Shown: piece after piece, positions 13,395 to 26,104 of the stretch
Position numbering within the stretch: the stretch's first letter is position 1
Layout: every line of letters begins with the position of its first letter
Source of the DNA: Gordius albopunctatus
Taxonomy: Eukaryota
NCBI GenBank assembly: GCA_964276515.1
Contig: OZ193909.1
Location: forward strand, 18,600,001 to 18,664,000
Reading direction: 5' to 3'
DNA: 64,000 nt
Notes under the pieces: model-generated
Told to the model about the DNA's origin: nothing
Database searches by the model: none
What the model saw: only the letters and a program-made list of their open reading frames with translations
Position numbers and translations under genes: made by a program

Positions 13395-14749
13395 TTTAGC
13401 GGATTTTGTGATTAATTAATTTTATTGCGATAATAATGTATATATATATACATAAAACACGTACATTATAAAAGTAAGTGGCGTTAGAACAATAAACATT
13501 CCAATTCCAAGTTTTTTCTCTTAACCGTCTGAGTTTCCTACCAATCATCTTTCGAGATAAATAAACTCTATGTTTATTAACTGCACTACAGATACTTCCC
13601 CTCTAAAAAATATTATAATTAATAGGATGAAAATTTTTGTGAAGTCATTTGGGTGTTTCAAATTTAGTAGTACGCTGTTGAACAGGTAAAATTTTATTTT
13701 CTTCAAATTTTGTTTCGAACCATGCTGGTTTAAGCTTGTCAATTGATATAGTTTTCTCCTTGTAACTTTGTAGTATTTATCTTTCCATTTTAATATTTTA
13801 AAAGGTTCATCGTATAAGGGTTGTTAAGATTTTCTGACCGTGTCATTCCGTACAAAACCATAATCTGACGCTTTTAAATCTTTCTGGATATATTCCTTCT
13901 TAACCTGCCTCCTAGGAGAACAAAATTTAAAATTTGGCATTATCTCCCTAAGGCTTATTACATAACCTGGTTTTGAGAAAAAATTCCTCTGGTAGCCTTA
14001 ACGTCCTCTCACAAACTATCTCCGAAGAACTATCCGATATCAGCTTTGATCGTAGGCCTAATGCTGATAAGAATATAGCGTTTCACTCCATCTTGTCCCG
14101 TCCACCTAAGCCATGATCAAAGCTTTCAATTGCCTATGAAAACGCTCAACTAAATCGTTAGAGCATGGATAGTAGGCTGTAGTCTTTATATGATCGAATC
14201 CTAGTTTAGATGAAAATTCTCGAAATAGACTAGATGTATATTGTGCGCTTCCATTGTTATTACCTTTGGAACATCAATCTTGGCAATCAAATGTTCAATA
14301 AATATTTTAGCCAAATTTTTGGCTGATCTCGTTAATTTGTATTGCGATTGGCCATCTCGTAAAGCGATCGATGACCTTAAGAATATGGGTGTGGTGAGAT
14401 TAAGGTGGTAAAAGACCTACAACATCCAAATGCACGTTACCGAACTTTTCATCAGTGTCGTTAAAAATGCCAGGTGAAGTAATTGTATGTTTGTTCACCT
14501 TAGACCTTTGGATTTGTATATTATATTTTGTCCAATCCCGTATATCCTTATTCATCCTTTGGGTTGCCCGAATCTCAGATGTAAAAGAGAGTGAAAGTAA
14601 TTGAATAAATTCTTTCTCAAGTTTGCTGATATAAGTGGGCGAGGGGAACCTGTCTATATGTCGCAAATATGTCTTCCTAACTAACTTGACTTTTTAGTTT
14701 TACTGGACGTAAAGATTTTATGTTCATCAATAACTCAATATAATTTATG

Positions 14750-14950
14750 CTATAAATGAAACTGGCCGGGAAATGTCCGATATTTTTAAAACGAAAAGAT
14801 ATTTTAGGAATCTGAAAAAGCTATTTTACCCCTGGCCGCCCTGGGCATCTACGGCTAAATTTTCGCGCGAATCGGGCCGGTAGTTTCAGAATTTAGCCCT
14901 TATCCACATACATACACACATATACTTTACTTTATATATATAGATATAGA
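14750..14950 (-). mobile_element. possible Helitron-type non-autonomous element end
   Basis: Minus strand starts atctatatatataaag followed by a gtat/gtgt microsatellite, typical of invertebrate Helitron-like repeats. No clear 3' hairpin located. Confidence 0.4.
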
Positions 14951-15289
14951 TGGCGCTATATTTATTAAACAAACATGCTATTTATTTTAGAATGCTGTTT
15001 TTGATATTTACCCATTCAATATTTTTTATTTACCTTTTTAAGATATTTAATTTAAAATCACGAATATCTATATATTCACTACTTTACAATGGGCAGAAAA
15101 AAGTGTACACATTTTGTGCGTTGATGAGCAGTCTATCTAGTCTATGCCTATAATATTGCTATTAACTTTTATGAAACAAATTTCGATACCAAATTGAGAG
15201 ACTTAATCTAAATGTCGGATCTCTCGTGGTTAGTAACAATCAATTTTTGCCTTAAACGCATAAATTATAGCTTTTTAGTCCGCAAATAT

Positions 15290-17230
15290 TGGATTACATC
15301 AAGGAGCTGCTTTAAGTCTCTTTTTATTTAATATAATTATAGACACGATAACGAGAGACATTCAAAAGCCATCCCCATGGTGTATGATATATGCCGATAA
15401 TATAATACTATGTGAGGAAAAAAACAGAAAATAAGCCGAAAAGTAGCGAAAGCGCTTAGCAAGATATGGTTTAAAGGTCAAAGACCGAAAAACGGTATAC
15501 ATGGAAATGAACGTTACAGGCAGCCCATCTCTGGATAACCATCTAAAGTACCCAAAAGTAGACAGGTTTACATACCTTAGCTCAATGCCACATCATGAGG
15601 GAGGTTGCACAACAGAAATCAATGCTCGGATCCAAAAAGATGGCTTAAATGGCGAAGTAAGGCCTGTGTAATGTGCGACAAGAAAATGCCAATATGGCTG
15701 AAGAGCAAAGTTTACAAATCCATCGTAAGACCAGTGTTACTCTATGGAAGTGAAACATGGGCATTAAACATCATGAAAGTAGAGCTATTACAAGCCACGG
15801 AGATGAGAATGATACGTTGGACCTTGGGGTATACTAAGCTCGACCATAATGATTGTGCAGAATCGTAATTGAATTAATTGTAGCCAACGTTTTTTTAAAG
15901 CGTTAATTGAACATTAAGTGATTTTTCAAATTCACCTTTTTACTTTTATATACAAACTAGACCATGCTCTTACGAACCGCTAACTTTTTTCTTTTCCCTC
16001 TCTTTATATTCCACCTTTAATAAAATATATCCCCACCCAATAACTAGTGACCCCGCATTTCGGGGGAGCCGTTCTTTACCTCTTCCAGAACACTCCCTTC
16101 AGTAACGGCGTCTTGGCTTTCTTTGTTAAAATAATGCAACTCAGATATTGGGCACTGCTTTGTCGATCCGGCATCCAATACAAATATTGTAAAGACACAA
16201 TTGAGCTGCAACAACCAACAACTTCAACTTCTCAAAACCCAACCTCGAGCAATACTTGTCTGACTGCTGTCAGGGAAACAAGCTGCCTACCTACCTGATT
16301 GCTTGCTACTACGACTAAAACCTCGATGTCTACACCTCTACGTAATCAACAACAACATCTGCCGAATGCCCGAATTTTCAACTGCTCTGCACATGAGCCT
16401 AATCACAAAACACGTCTCAACATAACCAACATCTCATGGCCTCTTGCAATAAGCAAAGACTGCACGTTTGCCAAAACTAAACACGTACTACTATCAGCAT
16501 TCTCAACACCGCTGACCGGGTTAATTGATGACCTACTGCGATTCCAATATAGATTCGTCTGCCCGCAGCATGTATCTTATTAATATATTAGATAGGACAC
16601 ACAACCATCACACACACCTCAGCCACCTCACTTACAACCAGGGTAGGGGAAGAACAAACTGGCTGGAAGTGCGTACATCACTTACACCTCCCTTACATCA
16701 AATAATTTTTTTTTAATTTTTGTAAAAACTCAGTTTTACCCAAAGGAGTATTTGTAGAATCGTAATTGAATTAATTGTAGCCAACGATGTTTTAAAGCGT
16801 CAATTGAATATTACCTATTTGTAAAATCGTAATTGAATTAATTGTACACAAATAGCCAAAGGTGTTTTAAATCGTTAATTGAACATTACCTTAAATGATT
16901 ATTCAAATTGTCTTTATTATTTCCCTTTAATAAATATTTCCTCTTCCAATAAATGACTTTCTCGGGACAAAAATCGGTATTCAACCTATGGCGGACATGA
17001 TTGACGAAAATCGACTAGGTTTGTATGAGCATATACTAAGAAGGGAAACGTATGAAATCCAAAAGTACTGGATCTGGAGGTACGGAGAAAAAGGACGAAC
17101 CCGTGTCACGTGAGAGGGGCAAGTAAAACTGATTAGTCAAGACATGGTGCTCACATGGTCAAGATAAAAGAAACTTAATAAAACAAACCCCACGACTGTG
17201 GGACTAAATAACTGATAAAGAAGAAGAGAG
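15290..17230 (+). mobile_element. 5'-truncated RTE LINE, split by a small LTR element
   Basis: RT motifs (QGAALS, PWCMIYAD), ORF 15605-15868 (CDKKMPIWLKSKVYKSIVRPVLLYGSETW..EMRMIRW), continuation at 16952 and GAA-rich tail at ~17180-17230. Confidence 0.85.
15852..16951 (+). mobile_element. small non-autonomous LTR element (TRIM-like)
   Basis: Direct repeats starting tg..agaatcgtaattgaattaattgtagccaacg (~15852-16042, ~16752-16951; the second has an internal duplication). PBS-like tagtgacccc at ~16045. aatga on both flanks, and the host RTE rejoins when the element is removed. Confidence 0.65.
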
Positions 17231-17769
17231 ATCATTTAAATATCATCGGCCTCATATTTTATAAATATAGAAAAGGCGATTATGATTTATTTAGCCGAGT
17301 CCAGCTATCGCCTTTACTGGTTGTCCTGCCTTCTTAAACGTTGTACATAATACGGTTGCACACATTTTTTCTCATTTGCCTGAAAAGTGTTATGGTACCG
17401 ATTCCATGATCTATTGTTAGAAACAGGTGGTTAAAAATAAGTGATGCTTGTCTGGGGTTGACCTATTTTTTCTAATGTTCTATTAAGTGCGGGAAAATCC
17501 CTAGAGTTTTTTGAGATATTCATTAGTTGAAGCTTTTTTGTGTTATGTATGTTAGTGAGAAAATTAGGTTTTTTGCCAAAGTGATGCGGTCTGCTGTTTT
17601 TACCAATTTGTCAAGTTAAGTATCCTCTATAAAAGAAGCTAATATGAGAGTGAATTAATATATTAATTTGTCCTTTTCAAATCTTATGATCATGAACATA
17701 TGTTTCTTATAAGCTCTGCATATACCTTAAAAGTTTTGATGGGGTCCTATCCTCTAGTTCAATCGCCGT

Positions 17770-19223
17770 TAGTGATGCGGAAAAACCGAGAAAAAACTCA
17801 CGAGATTTTGAAAAATATCGTCTCGATCTCGACTCAATTTTTCACCTCGAGACGAGACGAGATTTTATCGGCGAGATCTCGACTTTAATTTTTATTTATT
17901 AAGTCTTCATTTAGCTAATATACAATTTTAAAAAAATTTGTATATAGATCAAAAAATTACAGATCGATTTACGAAACACGACTAAAAAATATTAAAAACG
18001 CGCTATAACTAAACGGATGTCATTGATCCATGTATGACAATCGTGTTGGATTTACCATTTCCATTGCGATCTTTTGCCTGATAAAAAGGTATTCTTTGGG
18101 ATCGTGTGTAATGGAGGTTATATATTTTGAAATTTGTTTTAGGAATTGGCTGCCCTGGGGACCTAAGCTACCGAGGGTCGTGGCTACTACTTGTACGAAA
18201 ATAATATTGCTTAGGTATTTGTATTTATCTTCTTTCTTTCTCTCAGTGGAAGAGATGTTCGGGAGAGGCGTTAGATTTGGCAAATATATCAACTGTAGTG
18301 AAGTCCCAGCAGGCGTTTAGGCCACGAGCCCACGGGATGATCGTTACACCGTCGGGTCTTTTACCATCAGTGGAGCTTAGGCTAATTAAGAATTTTTATT
18401 TTATGAGATTTAAATTTAGGGTATTTAATGCAAATTAATATGATTTTGAATATTTTGATAGTAATTACTTACGTACCTAATTATCCGCTTCGCGCAAATT
18501 TCAAATTTGTAATATAATCTTAATAGACATGTATTTGTTACTTATTTCTATAGCTTATATAATATAAAATTATTTGGACCTATAATGAGTTAGTGCGCAA
18601 CCACAAAAAAGAGCAAGCTGCTCAAACATTTCACGGTATTCAAGGATGAATCAAATAAAATGGAGAAGCGTAAATTGTGCTTTAAAGAAAATTTTATATT
18701 TTAAGTTATATATGTGGAGTTAACGTAAGATCTCAAAACTGTTATGTTCTTCCAACAAAAATGCCTATTTTATTGTATTTACAATGTTCAGATAATTACT
18801 TGTTATTAATAATGATATCTTCAAAAGTTTACTCTCGCATTTTTGTCATTATTTTAACGTTATTATATAAGATCTCAATAAATTCATTATGTTAAAATAT
18901 GATGATATTATTAAACTTTATCCTTTTATTGAGCCTTAGCCAGGAAATGAAAGTTATTGTTTAGCAACTTTATACCTTCGAGGCAAGTAGTATATATAAC
19001 ACCAATAATGCTTCCTACCTTAAGATACTCATCTAGCTTGTGTTTTTGGCTTTAAGATAAAAAATTGGTTCCATTATGACCAATTTTATATTATATAATA
19101 ATTTATAAGAGTCAGAAAACAATATTTTAAAAGTCGAGACGAGACGAGATCGAGATTTTTCTAGGTCGAGACGAGACGAGATTTTAATAATTGCACCCGA
19201 GACGAGACGAGATCGCAACACTA
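17770..19223. mobile_element. hAT-like non-autonomous element with gagacgagac subterminal repeats
   Basis: TIR tagtgatgcg/cgcaacacta, 8-bp TSD atcgccgt/accgccgt (17762-17769, 19224-19231). Interrupts the gag of the surrounding Gypsy element. Confidence 0.85.
18015..18385 (-). mobile_element. CRE-like non-LTR retrotransposon 3' fragment (RLE endonuclease)
   Basis: Minus strand reads DGKRPDGVTIIPWARGLNACWDFTTVD, then ERKKEDKYKYL..IFVQVVATTLGSLGPQG..FIRQKIAM. Confidence 0.8.
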
Positions 19224-19772
19224 ACCGCCGTTAAATACTTCATTAATCTTAATTTGTCTGACTTACTGACCCTCTGAATAAGGACATGGTAGAACTTTTA
19301 GAATGGTTGAGCTAGTGGTTTGTTAATAATCGGTGGCAACGCTTCCAGAATATATTCAGATTTTGATTTTTCGGAGGTAAATTTTTTTTGCTTGGAATTC
19401 ATGCTAAAAAATATTTTCACCTGAATAGCTGTTTCGAGATCCTGTTTATCTGCAAGATTTTCCATTCAAAAACCAAATTATAGATGAATGAATAAAATTT
19501 GGAAATAAATGATTGTCACCTGAGCGGTAACTAATAACATAGGATTGTTCTTTATAAAATTGGGGTCACCAATTTTAAATGATATTGTGATTAGTGGATT
19601 TTATTGCGATAAGAATACATATATAAAAAACGCGTTTATTGTATAAGTGCCGTTAGAACATTAAACATTACAATTCAAGGTAAATCTAAATCTCATCAAG
19701 AGATCCTTTTTATTTTAACCGTCTGCGTTTCCCTAGAGGTAAACAAACTCTAAGTTTATTTGCTCCACTACA

Positions 19773-20145
19773 AATCCATCGTAAGTCCGGTGTTACTCTA
19801 TGGAGGTAAGGCCTGGGTACTAAAAGCCATGAAGTAAAAGTTATTGCAAGCCATTGAGATTGCTAGACCATATGACTAATAACTTTCGCAGGATACAAAA
19901 ATGGGTATTTAACCTATGGCGGATTTGATTAACGAAAATCGGATGAGGTGGTGTTGGCATATTTTAAAATGGGAGACGAATTATTTAAATCAAAAAGTGG
20001 ACATGGGCGTACCGGCCAAGAAACGGGGAGAATGATCTTGTGTCGTGTGTTAAGAGCAAGTGAATAAAATTATGAAAACTAATACGATTAATTACGACAT
20101 GGTACTTACCCGATTAAGATGGAATAAACTCATCAAAATATACTT
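19773..20145 (+). mobile_element. 3' continuation of the RTE LINE beginning at ~11420
   Basis: Resumes with SIVSPVLLYG where the 13394 part breaks. Later ENRMRWCWHILK. Confidence 0.8.
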
Positions 20146-20200
20146 GATAGTGTAGAATAATAAGATTAGAGTACATGTTTTCGAGAATAATATTCCAGCT

Positions 20201-20356
20201 TAGTGTTGTAAAAACGGCTTGGTTTTGAGTTTTTTGTCTGTTTTTTTAGTCGCGTAAATAGACCAAGGGTTTTTTGGTCTACCTTTGCTCTGTATGTGTT
20301 TAGTCGACTAAAACCAGAGGGCGACCAAACAAAACACAGCCGTTTATACAACACCA
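20201..20356. mobile_element. short hAT-like MITE
   Basis: TIR tagtgttgtaaaaacggct / agccgtttatacaacacca, flanks ttccagct/ttcctgct (7/8). Related copy at ~30777-30947. Confidence 0.7.
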
Positions 20357-20710
20357 TTCCTGCTTATACAACAACTCCATCCATTTATAATGTTGAATTT
20401 TTAATTCAAGAAAGAAAAACATAATATAAACTTTTGTAAAATTTAATGAATTATGGAAACTAAAGAGATTCGTCAAGACATGGCTCTAACCAGGTCAAGA
20501 TGGAAGAGACTCATCAAAACAAACCCCACCAATGTGGGACCAAATAACTGATAAAGAAGAAGAAGAAGAATGAATTAGAAGAATTATTAGGAAATTGGTG
20601 TTTGGTATAACTTATGTCTTTCTTAAAAATTAAATGATGATAGAATAAGTAAATGACTACCGTACTATAAGAAACAAAAACGTTTTTCCAAAGCATTAAA
20701 AGCACCATGC

Positions 20711-23272
20711 TGTAGAGAGGTAAAGTGCCTCCAAGGATACGATAGTTACCTGCGTGTTGATGTTATTTACACGCGCGTTGGCAATTAAATTAGCGTTAAT
20801 TGGTTGTAACATATAAAGGCGTTGGATATATACGCCAGCACACTTTTTCGTCATGTTTTTGTATCACACTCCTAATAGTTTACGTTAATAAATATCAGTC
20901 CTTAACAGTGACGAACCCGTGAGAACCTACGGGGAATGATCCAGAAGAGGAGCTTCTGTTGAAACATTTGATTTCGATAATCATTAAAAACGACAAGGAA
21001 TTATTCGGAGGCGGAGATTCTATTGAAACTTTTCTAATTCAATAATCGCGAGAAACGACATGGAGTTATTCAGGTTAGGAGATTCCATTGAAACGTTTCT
21101 AATGCAATTCGAGGTCAACACCAAGGCACAATCAGGGACGTCGTACGATACCCAGAAAACGTGCAGGTTGCAAAGTCCGTTATCGGCGGAGGCGTTTAAG
21201 GTTATCGCGGACGACGCGTACCCGGATAACCCGATCGAATGGTCGTTCGAAGAAGCGACCAGGAGAGCGAAGAAGGTGTTCAAGGGGCAGACCGGCCCTC
21301 TGGCGCAAAGGTTCCGGTTCGGAAATATTAGACAGATGCCCGGGGAAGAACTCATACGATATATCCGAAGGCTAAAAGAGGCGTCAAAGGACTGCGGTTT
21401 TCAGCCCGGAGAATTATCGGCCAGAATTTTCGATCAGCTGATTTTAGGGCCTACGAGCCAATGGTGCAGGCTGCGTTGATGGCCGAAAAGGACCTCAAGC
21501 GTTACAAGGCCGTGGAGATCGCCCTAGGTCGGGAGGCAATCGGTGAGGGCCTGAAGACAATGCACAAGCCAGTTGATGAGGCATTTGCGGTCGACGCGAC
21601 GAGGACGGGCCCGAGTATGATCAGGTTCGGCCATGCGTTAGATATTATGACTATTGATGTATTTGTCAATAACACCGTAATAACTTTGCTTATGGACACG
21701 GGATCCACCGTTACAATCGTACCGGCCAACGGGTAGAAGAAACGCTTACCCGTGCAAGCAAACTCGACACCTGCCGTGTATGCGTTTGGCGGCGAGGGGA
21801 TAAAGATTATCGGGGACGTAACAGCCGAGGTCCGGCTGGTTCCCAACCGAAAGCGCCTGTCGATGCTGGTGGCGGATGTGAAGGGACCGCCGTTACTCGG
21901 GACGAACTGGATTAAAGAGTTCGGAAAGGACGCATGGGAACTAGCCCGATGGAATTCGCGAGCCGTCATGGAGCAATACGTTGTGAATTTTGTCGAGGAG
22001 AAGGTCCCGAAAGAGCCGAGACCTAGCGATCCCGTGAGTATCGGGATGCAAGATAGTCAAATTCATTATTTCGGTGGGGGCCCAATGGGTAGGCTACCCG
22101 GTAGCTGGATTTTTCCACATGTCTTAATGCCGGGCCCAGTTTTCTCCCCCGACCAACAGCAACCCGGTTCGATGGGTCAGTTACCACAACAACCAAACAG
22201 CGTAGCACCGCCGCAAGGGGTTTCTAGGGATCCTGGCTCCTCGTCTCAGCAACAATTTGTAATCCCACTCAACCCCAATAAGCCTCGCTCTAGGAACGCG
22301 AAATCTGACCAAGATCAAGGTCGATCCATGGCTGCCATCAAGGGTAAGGATGACGCAGTCATTGTTGTGGCGAGACGACCAAGCAAGCATGCGTTTCAAG
22401 TTACCGAAGAGGTACTAGAGGATACCGCGAAGGCGTCCATCACACGGAACGTTATACGACAGTACACCGCCAGCGATGGGACTTTACGGCAGCGCTGGGA
22501 GTGGATTAGGGGTACGCACGGTACAACAGTAGTAGTCGGTCCAAGGCTACGCTACAAAAAGTACCTACCTAAGCTGCACGAGTCAAGGGAAGTATCAAGA
22601 GAACCTAGCGTCCCCCAGGGGAGAGATGCAAGAAGGGCGCAAGGGTTTGACGTCGGAGACCCAGTGTGGGTGCTTATGTTCATGGAGCCCGATAAATGGG
22701 TGGAGGGCACCATTATTTCCAAGCGCGGGATGCGCTCGTTTGACGTTAAGGCCCTAGGGAGAAGCCACCATCGACATTTAGAGCAAGTTAGACGAAGGAA
22801 AATATTGGACTGGAGAATCGGCGGACACGAAAATGGTTGCCTGCACCGGGATACACTCGCGAACGGGTCAGGTGATGCGAGCCCTTACCAACGGCGTTTA
22901 GTCAGGGTCCCCTGCCAACGGTTCCGAATGACAGTGCCACTAGAGGAGCAGGGTAACACAGTGTCGCTCCCATGGATCCGGAACTTAACAACGCCCCGCC
23001 TGATGTTAGATACCCACGCCGGGTACGACAGGCCCTAAGCTACCTAAGGCCTTATCTTTGTGAAAAGGGGGGAACTGTAGAGAGGTAAAGTGCCTCCAGG
23101 GATACGATAGTTACCTGCGTGTTGATGTTATTTACACGCGCGTTGGCAATCAAATTAGCGTTAATTGGTTGTAACATATAAAGGCGTTGGATATATACGC
23201 CAGCACACTTTTTCGTCGTGTTTTTGTATCACACTCATAATAGTTTACGTTAATAAATATCAATCCTTAACA
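20711..23272 (+). mobile_element. young non-autonomous Gypsy-type LTR retrotransposon (gag, protease, integrase C-terminus; no RT/RNase H)
   Basis: 197-bp LTRs at 20711-20907 and 23076-23272 (TG...CA, 5 mismatches), 5-bp TSD catgc, PPT aaaaggggggaa at 23063-23074. gag 21060-21479 (QRFRF..RQMPGE..YIRRLKEASKDCGF), protease LMDTGS..PLLGTNW, integrase tail FDVGDPVWV..KWVEGTI..HRHLEQVRRR. Confidence 0.95.
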
Positions 23273-24276
23273 CATGCTAATTAACTTAGCGCAGCCTACA
23301 ACGAGTACGATTTAAAGATCGTTGAGTGCGTTGAGAATAGTTAGAACGTGGCCAATGTCTATAAAGGAATATTGGCTGAATGGAATGGTGAGTATTCACC
23401 GAAAGTTGGTGAAGGTAAAAATACACTTTATTAAGTCTGAGGACATTAAGAAGTTCGCCGAAAATCATAAAAAGTAAGCTTTATTATGTTATAACTTATT
23501 ATTTTTACCATAAAAGGTTTAAATATTTTATAAATGTCTGTATTAATTGATATTGAATTTATTTAAGTTGACGCTTAGCATTTATTGGGACGAAAATATG
23601 TATTCTATACTACGCCCATGAATGGATTTTTTAATAAACCAAGACAAGGAAAAAGCGCTATATGAGTATAGGAAGAATCTCATAACTTAAAAAATTATTA
23701 GGAGGTTTTATACGGGTGGAAAAGCATGAAAAGACCGTCTTTAAACTGATCCTTCCTGTCGGAGCTAGTTAGAAAAGAAAAAAAACGTTTGAGAGTATGG
23801 TTCAAGACATTATGGACAATCATTTTATACCGCAATTTGTGAACAAGCTGCAATTTCGAAATTCCTGGCCGCAAAGTGTCACTAATAAAAGAAATATGCT
23901 TTTGTCTACACCGCCAATTATTCGGTTCAGAAAAATAGCGTAGAAATATGCATTTCAATTTGCTCATTGTGGGTGAATTAAAGGTTCGTAGAAACTTAAT
24001 ATAAAACAGACCAAGTTATTGAGCTTTATCATTCATAACATGGCATTCAAAATTTAAATTAGGCCGATTAAATCAAATAAATGCAGCTGGTTAAAAGAGT
24101 TAGATTATGTTATTCTTGAACTTAATCTTCTCACAATTTTTAAAATTGAAAGCAGGTCATTAGTTAATATTGGTAAAATTAATTTGGAAGTTTTTAAATT
24201 TTAAACACGTGGAAAATGTGATTTGGCAAGAGAAAAAAATTTCGACGAGAATCATTCATATCTTCGCCAATTAAAA

Positions 24277-26104
24277 ATGAGCTTACAGTGGACCCTTGTT
24301 GCTGGGTTTTTATACATCGAAATTGCGCTTGTGACATTATTTCTATTACCTTGGATCAAACCAAGAAGGTAATAATGCTATCTAATTGTTATACTTTTAA
24401 TTAGATGGCAGAAAATATTTAAATCACGACTATTAAAGGCCCTTGAAATTCATTCTCAGCTTTACTTTAGTGGGCTTATTATTATTCTTGTTCTTTTGTT
24501 TTCAGGTAAGGTTATTAGTTAGAAATAGCCTATTTTTACTTTTATATAATATATTGTAATGCAATAATATAAATTAGATGCCATTCGAGAATCTTACAAA
24601 TATCAAGGCACAACATTTCATCTTGATCCAGCTTTGGCCGCAGCTGGTGCTGAAAATCAAATTAGAATGAAATTGTTCCGAGCCCAAAGAAATTTTTACA
24701 TATCAGGATTTGCATTGTTTTTATGGCTGTAATATTTATTAATGTTATTTTTAATAATTAATTATATATATATTTTGTGGAATTTATTTTCTTATTAACT
24801 ATCATATATAATAGTTATAGCTAAAATTTATTTTAACTAAGCTATAATACTTTTTTGAGAAATTATATAGGCACAATAATTGAATAAAAATTTTATCTCA
24901 ACAATTTTTCCATTTTAATCTCCTAAATATTTTATTATTTAATTTATAGTGTTTTGAGAAGATTGATAACGTTAATCACATACCAAGCTTATCTTGAAGC
25001 GACAACAGAATCTTCTATGAAGCAAGCTTTAAGTGCCACTCAAGCTGCAAATAAACTCATGGCACAACAAACAAATTCTGGAAAAGTGATTATGCTTAAA
25101 ATTTACTCATTTACAATATTAATTAATTTATCAAATATTGGGACTATGTTAATTCTAATTTGTAAGTATAACATTCTCAATTATACTTTATTGTACAAAT
25201 ATTTAGAAATTTTGAATAATTAAAGTTAAAATTCATTTTTAATTATTTAATAATTCTCAGCCTTGGCCTAAAAACAGATATTCTGTGAATAGTATTACGT
25301 TTTATAAACTTACAGATTATGGTTGCTTACCTACATTAATACTATAAAAATTTCTACATTTAATGGGTACATTATGAAAAATATCTGTTTACAAAGTTAT
25401 AAAATTTAGCTGAGTCAAACCTTAAATATACTATTATAGGTATGTATGTTTTAAACATATGATGACACATTTGAATATTATTATAGGGTTCTGGAGATGA
25501 TGAAGATCTTATGGAAGATGAGACAAAGGCAGAAATAGAAAGAATTCAAGAAGAATTGGAGAACACCAAAAAAGGTTACAACACTAAAAAATCTACAAAA
25601 TTATATTTAAATGATTATGCTATTTTTTGAACTAAAAAATTTGATTATTTTTACACATTTATACCTATATTATTAAATCCTAATTGAACTAACGATATAT
25701 CTAAGGCCTTAAGTTTTTCCATCAAAATTTTTTAATGCATCTTAGAGCTAAAAAATACGTCGAGAAATTTAGATGCCATGAAGAAGCAGGCCGAATCTGT
25801 TAACATAGAATACGATAGATTAATGGAAGAACACGCAAAACTACAGGTTCAAAAACGCATTACTCCATCATTTTTTTTTATTTATTGTTTTACTATTGCC
25901 TTGGTGATGTTAAAGAAACCTTTATTTTGCGAAATCAATCAATATTAACTAAAATTAAAGGTGTTTTTCTTTGAGTTTTAGCCGTATTTTATTGGTAATT
26001 ATTCGGTTTACTCTACGTTTCCATAAAATTCATAATGTTTTCCAATATATACATTTCTACAGGAACAATGTGAAAGAGGAGCAGATTATAAGAAGAGTGA
26101 ATGA
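24277..26104 (+). CDS. BCAP31: B-cell receptor-associated protein 31/29 family ER membrane protein, 7 exons, 236 aa
   Basis: Exons 24277-24368, 24405-24505, 24578-24728, 24950-25085, 25487-25574, 25746-25846, 26063-26104 (711 nt, all GT-AG, in frame). MSLQWTLVAGFLYIEI..LPW..RWQKIFKSRL..DAIRE..MKLFRAQRNFYISGFALFL..AMKKQAE..EYDRL, ending in the KKSE ER-retrieval signal. Confidence 0.96.

Larger units (their letters stand above)
13395..19772 (-). mobile_element. degraded Gypsy-type LTR retrotransposon carrying nested insertions
   Basis: Related LTRs at ~13395-13590 and ~19573-19772 (minus strand starts tgtagtg). PBS tggtgacccc at ~19562-19571, purine tract agaggggaag at ~13595-13604. gag remnants (IELEDRTPSKLLRYM, LDKLVKTADRI, WYHNTF..KKCVQP) at 17350-17770 and 19232-19480. 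Integrase remnant (VHLDVVGLLPP) at 13750-14666. Confidence 0.8.

Noticed and set aside
21020..22399. Antisense ORFs within the LTR element (111, 155, 61, 72 aa)
   Set aside because: Shadow frames of GC-richer gag/pol sequence with no independent motifs.
23286..23967. Minus-strand ORFs divergent from BCAP31
   Set aside because: No recognisable domain or consistent splice model; the other frames contain stops.
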